A stretch of DNA of 64,000 nucleotides, from positions 107,446,001 through 107,510,000 of the forward strand of contig JAGIQG010000003.1 of assembly GCA_024679065.1 (NCBI GenBank), read 5' to 3'. Below are positions 23,562 through 36,575 of this stretch, one piece after another (position 1 is the stretch's first letter; each line of letters starts with the position of its first letter). Position numbers and translations under genes: made by a program. Source of the stretch: Sphyrna mokarran (Eukaryota). The notes under the pieces are model-generated. The model did not search any database. It was not told the DNA's origin and was given only the letters and a program-made list of their open reading frames with translations.

Positions 23562-24147
23562 GCAGTGTTCTGTCTGCGATAGCACACATATCAACACAGA
23601 CAGTCTCAGCAGGTATACAGTACATACTCTTGCAACTTGGCCAATGTTGTCTACCTTGCAAGAAAGGATGGTACATTGGGGAGACCATGCAGACACTACG
23701 ACAGCGGATGAATGAGCCTCGCTCAACAATCACCAGGCAAAATAGTTCCCTTCCTGTGGGTGAACACTTCAGCAGTCACGGGCATTCGGCCTCCGACCTT
23801 CGGGTAAATGTTCTTCAAGGGGGCCTTCATGACACACGACAGCGCAGAGTCGCTGAGCAGAGACTGATAGCCAAGTTCTGCACACAAGGACGGTCTTAAC
23901 AGGGATCTTGGCCTCATGTCGCACTATCTGTAACCCCCGTGACTTGCCTGGGTTAGTAAAAAACTTCACTTACTGTGCTGTCAGGAGAAAATACACAATT
24001 CTCTAACCAATGCTCAGGATTCCCTTCACACACAGTGTTAGCCACTTTAAAATTTGAATAGCAGGTTGGATGTAAGGATTCGCATTCTAATCAGCAATCT
24101 GTGACTGTCTGTGTTGATATGTGTGCTATTGCAGACCAGAATACTGC

Positions 24148-24187
24148 ATTTGCCTGACGAAGACAAAAAGGTCGAAAGCTCGCAAAT
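24148..24187 (+). ncRNA. Minimal type I hammerhead ribozyme motif, intact, predicted CUC cleavage triplet
   Basis: auuugc-CUGACGA-A-GAC-aaaaag-GUC-GAAA-GCUC-gcaaau: 6-bp stem I, 3-bp stem II, AGCU palindrome. Confidence 0.85.
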
Positions 24188-26034
24188 TTACTATCAAATA
24201 AATCGGTTGGATTTAAAATTGGTGTTGCTAGATTCTTACTGAGTTCTTACTTCCCCAGTCTACCACAGGGAGGTCATTACCATTGAGCTGGTGAGTCTGC
24301 AGGCTCTGGGGCCCCATTTTGGCATAACAAAATGGTGGAAAGGCTGCAAAATTGGTCCTAATTGGGGTCTTCAATTGCAAATTAGCTATTTGCCTCCATG
24401 GAATGGATAGGTGACCCACTTTTTTTCCTGCCCTGGGAAAGTTCCCCATCAGAGGGAATATGTGGGCAAGCTATCCAAGTGCATCTTCCCCCTTACTTTC
24501 CTGGCCTCACCTACCTTCGAATCCTCCACTATGGGACTGGAATATTTATCTTTAATTGTCAAGTTCTCCTCTTCCTGATTCAACAGATGTTACTTTTTGT
24601 CTCAGTAATGTGCACAAGTTCCTCCCCAAATCTTTGAAAAGCAACCTTTTGTGTCCAGTATGGTATTCATACTTGCCTTATCAAATGTCCTTTGATGTAT
24701 CTGAATGAGACTGCACTATTGGCTTAAGTCCCACAACGTGAGGACATTAATAATCTGTGGAAAATTGAATCTATCTTTAGTGGCTTTGGGTTGGATCTAA
24801 TTCAAGTACCGTAAGTGGAAAACCACTGTTCAAATCCATTGTCTTAGTTAGATTTCATCCTTTTCATAGGTTATTTGTTGAAAGCTATCTGATTATTTAT
24901 ACCACTGATATGTTTGTTCAAATTAACTCTTGTATTTGACACCTGATAAAATTACATTCTGCAATATTTTCTTTTGAATAAGTTGCTGCAACTATTTATT
25001 GTGTTGTTTGTTCATGCAAATCTTGGTAGTTTTGACGCCTGATGGAATATTCACTTATTGTTTTAACACCTGATTTTGCACTTCAAAACCATCATAAGAG
25101 CAAAATTAACACTATTATTCTTGCTAATTAATATTGCATGTTTAGGACCACTTTATACTGAAAGACTGGTTACGATGTTATAAACTGATTTGACATGTTC
25201 ACATTGTGTTTTCTGAAATATCTTGAAAATAAGAACTGCAATCTAAAGGGCCTAACAATACCATCATAATTATACCATGTCATTTGACCATGTAATAATG
25301 CTCACATGATAAAGTACAATGCAAGTATTTGACCTCACAAAACAGCAGATGGTTTTAAGGACAATGTAAATGTCAGTATGCCCAATGACATCATTAGTCA
25401 TGACTATCAGAATTTACTCAGGAGTAGAGTGCAAACACAATGAAACAACATTAACGTATTTAGCTGACACTTAGCAGCTCTGTGAAAGTTCTGCTGGTCC
25501 CAAATGTGTGAGGCAATCAACGGCTTGAGTGTTGAATTATTGCCAAGACCTCGAGCTGAGGTGTGTAATCAAGAAAAAGATTCTGCTTTTGCTGAATATG
25601 TTTGGGAGCAATGTTGGCTATTGTCAGGATTTTTTGTCAGGTTGGGGGTCAGAGTAACCTGTAAATGTTTTTTAGCTTCATGGAAGTGGGACAATTATGA
25701 GAATTGGTACCATTGTTATATCAACTAAAATTTGATGCCTGAAAGATGGTGTGTAGAGTTGGAGTGTTAGCAGTTGGAAACCTGCTCATTTTAAGAACAA
25801 AGTGACGCTTCTTTAATGAAGCAGATTTAAACAACATGTTAGTTTTGGTATCAGATTTCTTTTGAATTATTTTATAGGTAAAAATTATTTTCTATTGTAT
25901 GTATCATCTAAATATTCCTTTGCATTTCAATAATTTGCTACAAATAAGTATTTTCAATTTTTTTACTGCAGCAGTTTGCCCCAGCCTGGGTTCATCTGAA
26001 GGATTTGACCAGCTGAGGTACTTTAGTTCCCAGT

Positions 26035-26630
26035 TAAGCAATGTTTAAAAGTTATGCCTTTGTTTTCAAATTCATTTACGTCCTCACATCCTCACTATCT
26101 CTGTCATCCCCTCCACCCTACAACCTGTTGAGATAACTGCACTTTCCCCATTCTGGCTTCCTGTGCATCCCCAATTTCAGTAACACCACCATTGACTATT
26201 GGATCTCCAGCTGCCAAAAGTTTGGAATTCCCTCCCTAAACCTCCCTGCTTTTCTACCTCCCTTTCTACCTTTAAAACTCTATTTAAAAGCAATGAACAG
26301 GATTTTCTGCCCATCCCCCAACCTCTCATGGTATGCTTTGTGGCAGCGGAGGCAGCCTGCGATTGACTGGTGGCAGGACCTTCTGGTTCTAGTGTCAATG
26401 AGGCTTCCATTATTCGCATTCCGCCACTGCTGGGGAACACATGGCAGAGGGTCGCCATCAAAGGGACTGGCTGGAAAGTCTGGTTCTGTCTTGGACCTAG
26501 CTTTTGGTCAGCGACCCTAATATCTGTTATGTGGCTTGATATCATATTTTGTTTAATAATGTTCTTATGAAGTTCCTTGGGATGCTTAATATGGCAAAGA
26601 TGCTCTGTAAATTCAAACTATTGTTTGGAT
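26035..26630 (+). mobile_element. L2-like LINE 3' end with a MITE-like insertion (about 26295-26470)
   Basis: ggaattccctccctaaacctcc..tctacctccctttc..ctttaaaac..cttttggtca..ctaatatc; reverse-similar to 44122-44480. Confidence 0.65.
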
Positions 26631-27077
26631 ATGTTTTCCCTAGGTCTTGGCAGATTTCTGGATGTCTTGACCAAGTGAGCTATGACAATGAGCCTATAAA
26701 CTATTTTCCATTGGGTGAGAGCATCACATTTGATTTATTCCTCTTCTTGTCTGACATCTGCACTCTTGCAGAAGAGCGATTCAAGCTATCAATCATCGAA
26801 TAAGCCCCAGGAAGTTCATAAAGATGTCATCTTAGTTTAATGCTATAGATTGATCCACATTTGTTCTAAAATTTAACCCCTGCTTCCCTTGTCAATTGGC
26901 TTTTAAACCAAAAAGACCAACACTGACTTTGTCAATGCATGGTTGTTAAAAATTTCCCTGATATATAATGCTTCCCTAACAATACTGTGAATGTACATAC
27001 ACCACATGGACTGCAGCAATTCAAGAAAGCAGGTCCCCAACAGTTTCTCTAGGGCAATTAGGATGAGCAACAAATCA

Positions 27078-27392
27078 TAGCATCCTTACAGTACAGAAGA
27101 AAGCCATTCAGCCCATTGAGTATATACCAACCACAATCTTACCCAGGCCCTATTCCCGCAACTGGGCACATTTACCTACTAACCCTCTGACACTGTCAAT
27201 TTAGCATGGCCAATCAACCTAACCCGCACATCTTTGCATTATGGAGGACACCAGTGTATCGAGAGAAAATCCATGCAGACACATGGAGAATGTAACAAAT
27301 GCTACATAGACAGTAACCCAAGGCCGGAATTGAACCTGGAACCCTGGCACTGGCAGGCAGCAATGCTAACCACTGTGCCACTGTGTTACCCC
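27078..27392 (-). mobile_element. HE1-like V-SINE inserted into the 3' tail of another LINE/SINE (26960-27420)
   Basis: Tail, V-domain and head all recognisable; the flanks join as gggcaattaggatg..aaat|gctggtcttgccagtgatg. Confidence 0.88.
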
Positions 27393-28496
27393 ATGCTGGT
27401 CTTGCCAGTGATGCTAACATATGACACTGACAGAAGTGCTTAAACAAGAGTCCAATAGAGATATGCAATAAGAATTGACATTATTTTAAAACATTGATGC
27501 AGTTGGGATATTCATCATATTGGACTATAACGTATGATTTCTGGGGTGTCATACCTGGACGATACCCCAAAAGTGCTGGGGACCCCCATCCGGGAGATTC
27601 TCCCCTGCCATCTGGGTTGCACAGCTACTATCCAGGAGCAGGAAGTTCAGACTTCAGTTGGGCAGTTTTCCTGCACTGGGGAACATCTGAAATTCCAAAT
27701 TAAGTTGCAAACTTTGGGTGGCTCTGACTGATTCATAGTTACCCACAAAAAGTTAAAATCATTTTGAATTTGTGCTGCCTCGCCACCTCCCCTCCCCTTA
27801 ATCCTCCATGTTCTCATCCATGGGAATCCTGAATACCTCTCTCCAACTATCCCCCACCTGCCCCTGAATGGCCTTCCCACCTACCTCGACTATCTCTGCA
27901 CCCCTCCCCCTGACCAACCCCATCTCCCAACTACCTTCAATGACTGCCCATCTTGACTGTCTCACTGATCACCCCCACTGACTACCCTCAACCACAGCCT
28001 CTTCTCTGACCACCTTCCTCCAATCCCCATCTTACCCCCAGCTCTTATGTTAGATTATTGGTTCCTGTAATATATGCTTTAAAATTAATCTGCAATGAAT
28101 GAACTGCCTGACCTTCAGCTGACAGCTCTCTTCCTCGGTTCCAGAGAAATTCTTGGATGATACACCAAGTTGCACAAAAATAATCCATTTTAGGATAGTA
28201 ATTGGCTTCCATATCTGTAACTTTTAGACCAAAATTCCACTCTTTCCGAACTCTGTTCTTCTGATCACTAGTCTTTTGTTCATCTCCACTCTCTTTGCTG
28301 CACCATTGGAAATGCTATCTTGAACCAGATGAGCCTTTTCTGTGCCTATTTGGTTTGCTACCTTCCTGTCCTCCATCAGGACTCTGTTTAAAACTCATCT
28401 TTTAGCCATACTTCTAATGTTGCTTTTGGGGGAACATCTTTTTATGTACACACATTTGGAAAGCAAATTGGGAAGCTTCACATTGTTGAAGGCACT

Positions 28497-29370
28497 GGGA
28501 ATGATTCTCCCAGTCCATTGCGCCGCTCTAGCAGTGCAATGAGCCACGAGCCATGAGGGTGTGTAGTGCGCTTCCCACTGGACTCTGTAGTCTCCATATG
28601 TCTCCGGCTGCCAGCAGGGTCTATAATAGTCCCCCAGTAGTGGGGAGCAAGCAATCCAGTCCACTGTGGTGAAGAGAAGTTATGGAGGCCCACCCCATTG
28701 AGGTCAGGATAAAGGGGATGTGCCCGCAGGCATTGCCAGCTTGGCAGTGCCAGCTTGATTCCCTGGCATTGTCTAAGAGGCAAAGTGCCAATCGGGAGAT
28801 GGGTAATGTCAGACTTGCGGGGAGGGAGGCATGTTTGGGGCTGCTAGTGTGGGCTGGGAGGGGGGGTGGGGTTGGTTGGTGCTGCAGGAGGTGGGGTTTG
28901 GGATTGTGAGGAGTGCAGGATTGGTCAGGGCTGCCAGTGTAATGGGGTGGGGAGTGCGTATCAGGAGATTAGGATTAAAGGTTGTGAGGTGGTGTGGGGA
29001 ATGTTTGGGGCTAGCTGGAAACATCCACAAGGTCAACAATTAGGGATGAGGTGATTGGAGGGGCAGCATTGCAGGAATGTGGGATTGGTCAGCGATCAGG
29101 AAGCTGGCAGTATAGGGCTACTGTGCATGCGCCGATCTTGGTGCTGACAGATTGGCGCATGCACAGTGGCCTGCTCAGTGCTGGGTGCTGGCCTCTCCAG
29201 TGGGAAAAGGCCATGTCCACAGCTTTTTAATGAAATATGTGCTAGGTTGCTCCATGATGCACAAAGTGTGGGAGATACATTTTGAAAATTCAGCTGAAGA
29301 AAAACCAATGGGATTTACTCCAGTTTTTTGCAAATTCAGCACTTTGAATTTCTGGGGGAGAATTCCACCC
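28497..29370. mobile_element. GC-rich non-autonomous DNA transposon (Harbinger-like MITE)
   Basis: Imperfect TIRs gggaatgattctccc / gggagaattccaccc; G-rich low-complexity core; inserted in an L2-like tail (ggcact|..caagttgttgtt). Confidence 0.7.
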
Positions 29371-30941
29371 CACAAGTTGTTGTTCCTCTTCCATTTAGTT
29401 GACGGTTGACAATATCAAGTTATTGCTAAGTATATTTGTATTCCATGAGTTTAATGTCAATGTCTTGCCAACATTAGACATGGAACTTAACACTGGATGT
29501 TGGGACTGAAGTGACTCTGCCATCAGCTGGAATGAGGATTTTTTTTTTTGCCAGGGTTCTCACTGTTTTGTTTCAGTTTTAGACGCTGTTGTTGGATTCA
29601 AGCTACCTGGTACATTTACACTGTGGAGCTTGGACAGGGGTTTCAAGTTAAAGGTTTGATGCTTTGACACCATATTAAAGTTACACCAGAGTACAAATTG
29701 TAAAATATTAAAAATACAGTCATCTTCATCTTGGCAAGCAAGAAGATAATATTAATGTAAACAATACCTGAATGTGAGAAAATATGATCAAATGTAGGCT
29801 GAGCTGAAATTTTGACCCAAATGCCACTTCACTTTAAGTGGACTTCTGGGCCATCCCACTGTGAATTGGAGATGAGCTAGTATTTTCCAGGTGAGATATA
29901 TTTAAATAATCTTAAGACAACATCTTCACATTGATTTCAGCACGGATATATAATATAAATATAATGTATATATAAGTACATTCAAATGGCTCAAATTCAA
30001 ATGGCTCAAATTCTTAAATCGCAGTTTAATAAGGGGTAAAAATCCATTTTGAGCAGTGGTGCAAAACAGGTGGTATCATATTGGCTTTCCCTTCATACAT
30101 TGTACCTAACATTCAATTCCACTGAAGTTAATACTTATCTGCTTTGTTTCCTTCAGTTATTAGTGACAGTCTGTGAAACAGAATTCAAACCTTCAGCTTC
30201 TTGGAGTCATAGACCTTCAATGAAAGATTTGGCACAGAAAATGCAGTGGTATCTATAACTGTTTTCAATTTGTTCTAAATTTTGTTTTAATGTCATTATT
30301 TTTAACCAATATTGGGAATCATTTTCAACTTAAATGGGTATTTTACAAATTGCGAGATGTCTCTATGTTTCACTGGAAGTAGATATGGTGCTTGGGTCAA
30401 AGTTCAAGCTCAATCTGATGTAATGGGTTTATTTTGCAGCTGGTCTAAATCTACGAGAAGCAGAAAGGATCATTGATTGACCATAAAGTCTCCACTTAGG
30501 GATTATAATAGATTTCATGTGTATATCAGCAGCCATTCTATAGTTTGATTTTTGCAGTCACATCACGAGAGCACACTCTTGGGAACCGCCAGCCATATGC
30601 TAAACTTGATTTCAAATAAATGTGCTTGTTTGATAAAAAGTGGATGAAACTTATGAAAGCTCTGATTTTAAACTCTGGATCAATTTTTGTCAGATGAATT
30701 TAAAACTTATTTGCTTAAACCAAATACTGACTGACCTGGGGTATTTTACCTGGCCAGCTTAGACCAGATCGGAAAATGCAAGGTTTCTGTTTTAAGTCAT
30801 CACTTGTGGGTCAGTTGTTATTTCACATTCAGAAAGTTATATGCTCCAGTCCTGCTTCCTGTGTTTATGAAAGGCACAATGTAAATTCAAAATGTGGCTT
30901 TTCTGTTCTTCAAACTTTCTAAGTAATGCAAATTAACATGT

Positions 30942-31030
30942 GATTTGATTTATTATTGTCACGTGTATTAGAATACAGTGAAAAGTGTTGCTTCTTGCAG
31001 ACAAAGCATACCGTACATAGAGAAGGAAAG
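30942..31030 (-). mobile_element. Short LINE 3' tail fragment (Rex1/Babar- or L2-like)
   Basis: (GATTT)n followed by tattattgtcac..tacagtgaaaag, the reverse of a ..gtgacaataataaatc tail. Confidence 0.5.
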
Positions 31031-33479
31031 GTGGGGCAAATGTTGCACTTGTTGAAAATCTTATCCTTAGTCAATATTCTGAATAATGAATAATATAACT
31101 CTGAATAATGTTATTTGATAACAGCACAATTATTTGGATTTAGGGTTGAGCTTGTGTTGTGCACTTGGCTTAACTTTTTGAGACTTATGAAATGGGTCCT
31201 TCCATTTGTATACATAGTATAGGCATGTTTGATCCAATGTACTATATGAAAAGTGATCATCAGTAAAATAATGCAAATATATTTTGCAGCTGATCCACTT
31301 CCAATCTCAGAGACCTGTTGACGTGTTGCTATTCTTATGTTCTAATATGTGACCCCTGTTGATAAACCAATGATCTCAATAATAGACCCATCCTGAGTAA
31401 TAAGTAATGAAGTGACAAAAGCTGTCAATTTAACTTGCTTTGCATAATGTTGTAATGTGATTAGTTGGAAACCAATATCAAGAAAGAATTCAAAAATGTT
31501 CACGGATTCCTGTAGAATTAAAATGAGATTTTAATTTGTATCACCAAACGATCTGACAAATGTTAACTGCTTAGTTACAAAATACAGTTTACTGGTAGTT
31601 TTTACATCTCAACGTATGTAAACAGATAACAATTTTCAGGACATATAGCTATTTTGTTTAGAAAGAAAGACTAAATCAAGAAAGTTATTAAATATGTTAT
31701 TTTTGAGAGAGATACCAGGTTAGGAAATTTGTTTCAGCTGCAACCATGGATATCTGAAAACCTGGATATTTGCTCAATTAAAAGACATAATTGTCAGGAT
31801 ATATTTCTTACTGATTGCTGTCATATTGCAAATAAACTGTATTTTCAATTTTATATCAAAATTCAAACTCATCTAAGTTTGTGAAAGAAAAGAAAAACCT
31901 GTTAATTTTCTTCAAATTTAAAATCATAGTATTGTCTCTTTTCCTTAAATGCAACCGACAATACTAGCAAAATATTGCAATGTCTTTGCTAAGCCTCCAG
32001 ATCTTAAAAATTTGACAGACACAAGAAACGAGGAAAAAGCTATTTTGCCATGCGGCTTGTTCCTTCTAAACACTTAAAGGTATTTATTTTTCATAATTCC
32101 CCATACAGTAGTGATTACTGTTCAAAAAACATTTTTGTTCGCTGTGTGGCCCTTCAAGATGCCTTGAGGTTGAAGAGACATGTCACATAAGTGCACGTTT
32201 TTTGGAATGCTGTCTTCCATTGAGGGCCAAAACTGGATTGCAGAAGTTCTGATCAAGTTGAAATCCTTCTCTTCTTTGAAGATCAATGGTAGAATGAAGT
32301 GGATTATTATGCAAGAATAGGAAATATGGCATGCGTGCAAAATTAATTAGGTAGGAACGGAAACTTTTCTTTCTTGACAGCAGGTTCAAATTTAGAGATT
32401 AACTGGAGTGTATTTATGGTGGGTTGGGAATCATGTTAATCTATGGCGGTTTGCAACTTGTTGTGCATTTGCTTGCCTTCAGTCCTCCTTCATGAGAATG
32501 TTAGCAGTGCACAGGAATCTCATAGCACCAGATTCACATTCATTTAAAAGTAGTACAACAGTTGTCTTTGTGCAGTTGTGTCTATTTTTCTGCAGCACAA
32601 GGAGAAAGGAGGGGTGGTGGATGTGAAGTAGACTGGGGACATAGAGGAGTGAAAGAGGGATCCAATGGTGCACAGAAGGTGATGTTGGGGCGTGGGAAGT
32701 GAAGAGGGATGGGTGTGGTGGGAACAGTCAATAAAAGTAGGAATTTGAGAAACCTAAAGGATAGTGTCAGTACCGTCAATGCGTGAATTTATCTTGGGGT
32801 GTTGGCTGGTCATCAGGCTTTGAGTTCACCCACAACATTTTAATTATCCTCACTGAGATTGATGTTGGACAATGTCCTTCACAATGTATGGGAGGGAAAG
32901 TCAGCTGTAAGTCCAGCCATGTCCCACAGAGTAGCAAGTACAACACTGGACACTAATACGAACATTCAATAAAGAGTGAATGCAAAAACATAACATTGTT
33001 TCTTCCAGAATAAAGGAAGTGTCCCAAACAGCCCTATAGCCATCAATACGTATCCAACTATGAGGTGTCTGAATAAGATAGTCTCAACAAATGACAATGA
33101 TGCATATATGAATAAAGTGAAACCAATGAAATGTTTACAAGTGAAATTTAATTTTGAAAACACCCTTTGTACTTTCAATAAATCTGATGGTAATGGCACT
33201 AGAGTTGAATAGGTGAGTTGTAGCCATGATAAAAATACTTTTCTATTGCTCACCCATACCTTCTATGTTGTCAGTTGACAGCAGGTTTCACAACTAAAAA
33301 GCTTTCTCCCGCTGCATGATTGCACATGTTTCCCATACATAACTGCTGACACTTTAAATTGCAATTGTGATCATGTTGGGACCAGCAAAAAGCAAAGGAA
33401 TGGAAATGACATCCTGTTATGCTATTGGGATTGGCAGAGCATAGTTAAAATTCTAATTTAAGAAGAGGGATCATTCTCT

Positions 33480-34130
33480 AGAGGATGCCATGGTCCAGGA
33501 ATTTATAGGTCATGCACTCGAATGATTATCAGCTTATAGTTTCCTAGCTTATTTTGCAATTTTTGAGAATAGTAATGACCATTACCATTCGCTTTTGGGA
33601 TGCAAATTCCATGGTACTGATGTATAGTTTCAGCAATCAGTGAGATCTCCTGGGGCCTCTGGTGGAGCACATCTACTCCAGCTATCTTTCCTTTCTTCAT
33701 TGTGAATCCTTCAGTTCATCTGTGCTGATGGCAGTGGTGACTTGTAGAGGGATTGAGGTCATTGGCTAATTGATCTTGTGCTTAGTGTTTTCGTTGAGAA
33801 ATTCTTTTGTGTTTTCCACTAATTTGGGGCATGTGGATAGGCTTTTGAGTTTAAATATTGTGCTTCTAAGACATCAGAGTAGCATATTGGTTGTTTGTGA
33901 AGTGTGTGAAATCCAGAGCTTCAACCCGCTGAGATTATTCTATGTCGAGAAATTCCAGCAGTGCCTTTGCAATCTGTGGGCTGTCCAACTCGTAACACTG
34001 CTGAAGCAAGACTTGGGTCTCCTTTCTCCAGCAGTGTGCTTTCTTCTCAGCAGCCCTAAGGGAAGCTCTTCTTGGCAGCAGTGGTGATAAAGGAACCGAA
34101 TAATCAATGACAACATTCTGATGTTGCGGC
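33480..34130 (-). mobile_element. Ancient non-CR1 LINE ORF2 fragment (Ingi/Vingi- or RTE-like linker and RT start)
   Basis: Manual translation gives VEALDFTH, MKKGKIAGVD (K.GKA.G.D) and a degenerate NY..I (NYRPISL) in the expected order; many stops. Confidence 0.5.
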
Positions 34131-34569
34131 ACTTCAGATCACAACTTTTCTAACAACTTCCCTGTGGGAATTGTAATGAAGATGTGCCTGAAGATACCAT
34201 TTATAATTTTTTCTTTTTTGTTCTAAAAAAAAGAGACTCTCTAAAGGCAATGGTGATATTAGCCAAGCTGCTACTATACATATAATTTTGCATTCCACCA
34301 AATCAGATGAAAAAGCAGACACTCAAAACCTGTAGACAGCAAGAAAGACCCCATTGCCATGTTGGATTCACATCATCCTGAGACTTTTCAAATGTTTCTG
34401 AGATATGACATCACAATGAAATTACCTATTCTGAAACAATGACTTAGAAGACATGAATTAATAGGATTTCTCTGGAATGTACAACTACTAAGTTATTTTA
34501 GGACTTCTTATCAAGCAGGGCAGAGAGGACAAAAAGGCTATATTTTACTGAGCGCATACAGTTTGAAAC

Positions 34570-34990
34570 TGTGTCCTTCTCTTTCAGAAGAATTATGTCC
34601 AGTTTGCAAAGTTACCATCCTGAGAAGAGAAATCTATATAGCTCTGTGTTAAAAGTACTCGCGCTCTGCTTTTACTGCCTGTTAAGAAAGAGAGCTCCAA
34701 AGATTTGTGACTTTCCGAAAGAAAAAATCTTACCTTTGTCTTAAATAGTGATTGCTTATTTTTAAACAGTGACCCTTAGTTCTAGATTCTCTCACAAGGG
34801 GAAACATCCTTTCCACATCCACCCTGTGACAATCCCTCAGAATATTATATATACCAATAATGTCGCCATTTATTCTTCTAACCTTCAGCAGATACAAACC
34901 TTTTCTCTTAAGGCAATCCTCCCATTCCAGGTATTAGTCTATAAACCTTCTCCGAACTGCCTCCAGTTCATACTGAACTAAACAGATCAG
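34570..34990 (-). mobile_element. Old CR1 3' fragment
   Basis: agagagctccaaagatt..gaaaaaatcttacc..acagtgacccttagttctagattctctcacaaggggaaacatcctttccacatccaccctgt, reverse CR1 ORF2 3' end. Confidence 0.7.
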
Positions 34991-35298
34991 AGCAAGAAGA
35001 AAATCCATTTCCTCAACTTCTAGTGAATTTTTTGACATTATGGAATTGAGAATGTTCTGATTTCTGATTTTTTTTTCTTTGCAAATTGTAAGATCTATTG
35101 ATTATATAGTTTTTGTGAAATAATTAATGATTTGATCATCAGGAAATGACGAGCATTTTTTTCAGTCAATGAAAACAATGCTGGAATAAAACAAAACCAG
35201 TTGAAGGCAAACAGATTATGGAAATGTTTCTATGGAAGATTGACCAGGTTTTCTGTGTGGAGCAGGTTGACAATAACATCTTAGTCTGATTGTTGCAT

Positions 35299-35535
35299 GT
35301 CAATCGTGGTTCAGTTAGTAATACACATATTTCCGAATCATAAAGTTCTGGGGTTTAATCCCATTCAAGGGTTTGACCACAAATATCCTGTACAATACTG
35401 AAGAGATGGTATACCAAGATCCCATTTGTCTATCAGGTGGATGTAAAAGTTAATAAATTAAAGAAGTACAGATGAGTTAACCCTGGTGTCCGAGCCAATT
35501 TTTTATTCCCTCAATCAATTGATTGCTGGTATTAT
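35299..35535 (+). mobile_element. SacSINE1/DeuSINE-like SINE, 5' part (tRNA head and partial Deu domain)
   Basis: cgtggttcagttagta..ggtttaatccca head; tcaggtggatgtaaaag..ccctggtgtcc..ccaat..tatt.cctcaatcaa Deu-like segment. A matching L2-type tail lies at 37503-37595. Confidence 0.6.
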
Positions 35536-36480
35536 ATGCAGGTGAGGAGAAGTAAAATGGTTCCTCTCTTTCCCCACTATTCATTTGACCACAATATGTT
35601 TTTATGGGGTTTGCCAACCAATTCATTGAGCGTTTAATTGTTTACATGCTGGGCTTGTAAAAACCACAAGCACACGTTCCCTTGTAAGTTAATAAAGAGA
35701 ATAATATTCATTATACTTGGACTTCATCTAAGTAAAATAATAAAAAAGCCTCAACTTCCATGCATACATTCACTCAAAGTTCAATGCACACACCAATAAA
35801 TTATAGAATAGGAGGATAGATTAATGATGCTTTTTTAGAGTCCAATAAAAATTAAAGGCATGTGGGGTCTGGGAAATTGATGACTTGATTGGCTTCAGAC
35901 TGAGATCAAGGGTACCATTGAATTTAGCCTGAATTTAGCATTGAGACAATTCAAAGATGCTGACTGAATATTTATCTTTGTTCTGCCGTGACTGTGTTGA
36001 TTTTTAAAATGTTGACTGTGGTGTGTGAATATTTAAACAGCAGACAGGGCTCAAATTTGCAAGTAAGAGGGGGAGAGAGAAAGAGAGAGAGAAACAATGT
36101 GTCCCATGGAGGGGTCTTCTCACTTCAGAGTCTTTTCTACTTCTCTATTGTGGCCTGAAGAAAACAACAGTCTGTTAAACACAAAGGATGTTTAGCTGGC
36201 TTATCACATAGTGCTCCCTCCCCAAATACCACTTACCAAATATGGTCATGGTTTGTAGAACGTGGTTTCAATTTGATTAGATTATGTGAATTCTTTCCTC
36301 AGCCAAGATTCTTTAAATTAAGTGATCAAGTCCAGTGCCTTGTTTCCACCCAGGTGCTGTCTGAATGTTCTGCAAATGGGTCAGGAGATGTGGCTCATTC
36401 GCATTCCTTTCACGTGATTATCTTTAATAGATTTTTGCAGACAGGTTGACTTCAGTTTAATGGCTTTGGAAGTTCTAAGG

Positions 36481-36575
36481 TATAGTGATCCAAATGTTCA
36501 GCCATCATCGAAATTGATGCTGTTTAAAGAACTGAAATATAATTTTGATGATGGCTGAACATTCGCATCACTATA
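36481..36575. repeat. 95-nt inverted repeat (35-bp arms, 25-nt loop)
   Basis: tatagtgatccaaatgttcagccatcatcgaaatt pairs with aattttgatgatggctgaacattcgcatcactata: 32 of 35 Watson-Crick pairs, one G-U and two mismatches on the + strand. Confidence 0.9.

Larger units (their letters stand above)
23429..24251 (+). mobile_element. Second Penelope-like element (GIY-YIG 3' part) with inverted pseudo-LTR
   Basis: ORF 23543-23899 CKKGWYIGETMQTLRQRMNE..PVGEHF; inverted arms 23429-23609 and 24099-24260; TSD TCCCCAGTCTAC at 23417-23428 and 24252-24263. Confidence 0.92.

Noticed and set aside
27780-28040. C-rich tract (G-quadruplex potential on the minus strand; G-rich tract at 28800-29100)
   Set aside because: Low-complexity interior of MITE-like repeats; no sign of locus-specific function.
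29980-30013. 15-bp tandem duplication (ATTCAAATGGCTCAA x2)
   Set aside because: Two adjacent copies with no spacer; ordinary slippage, not an array or CRISPR.
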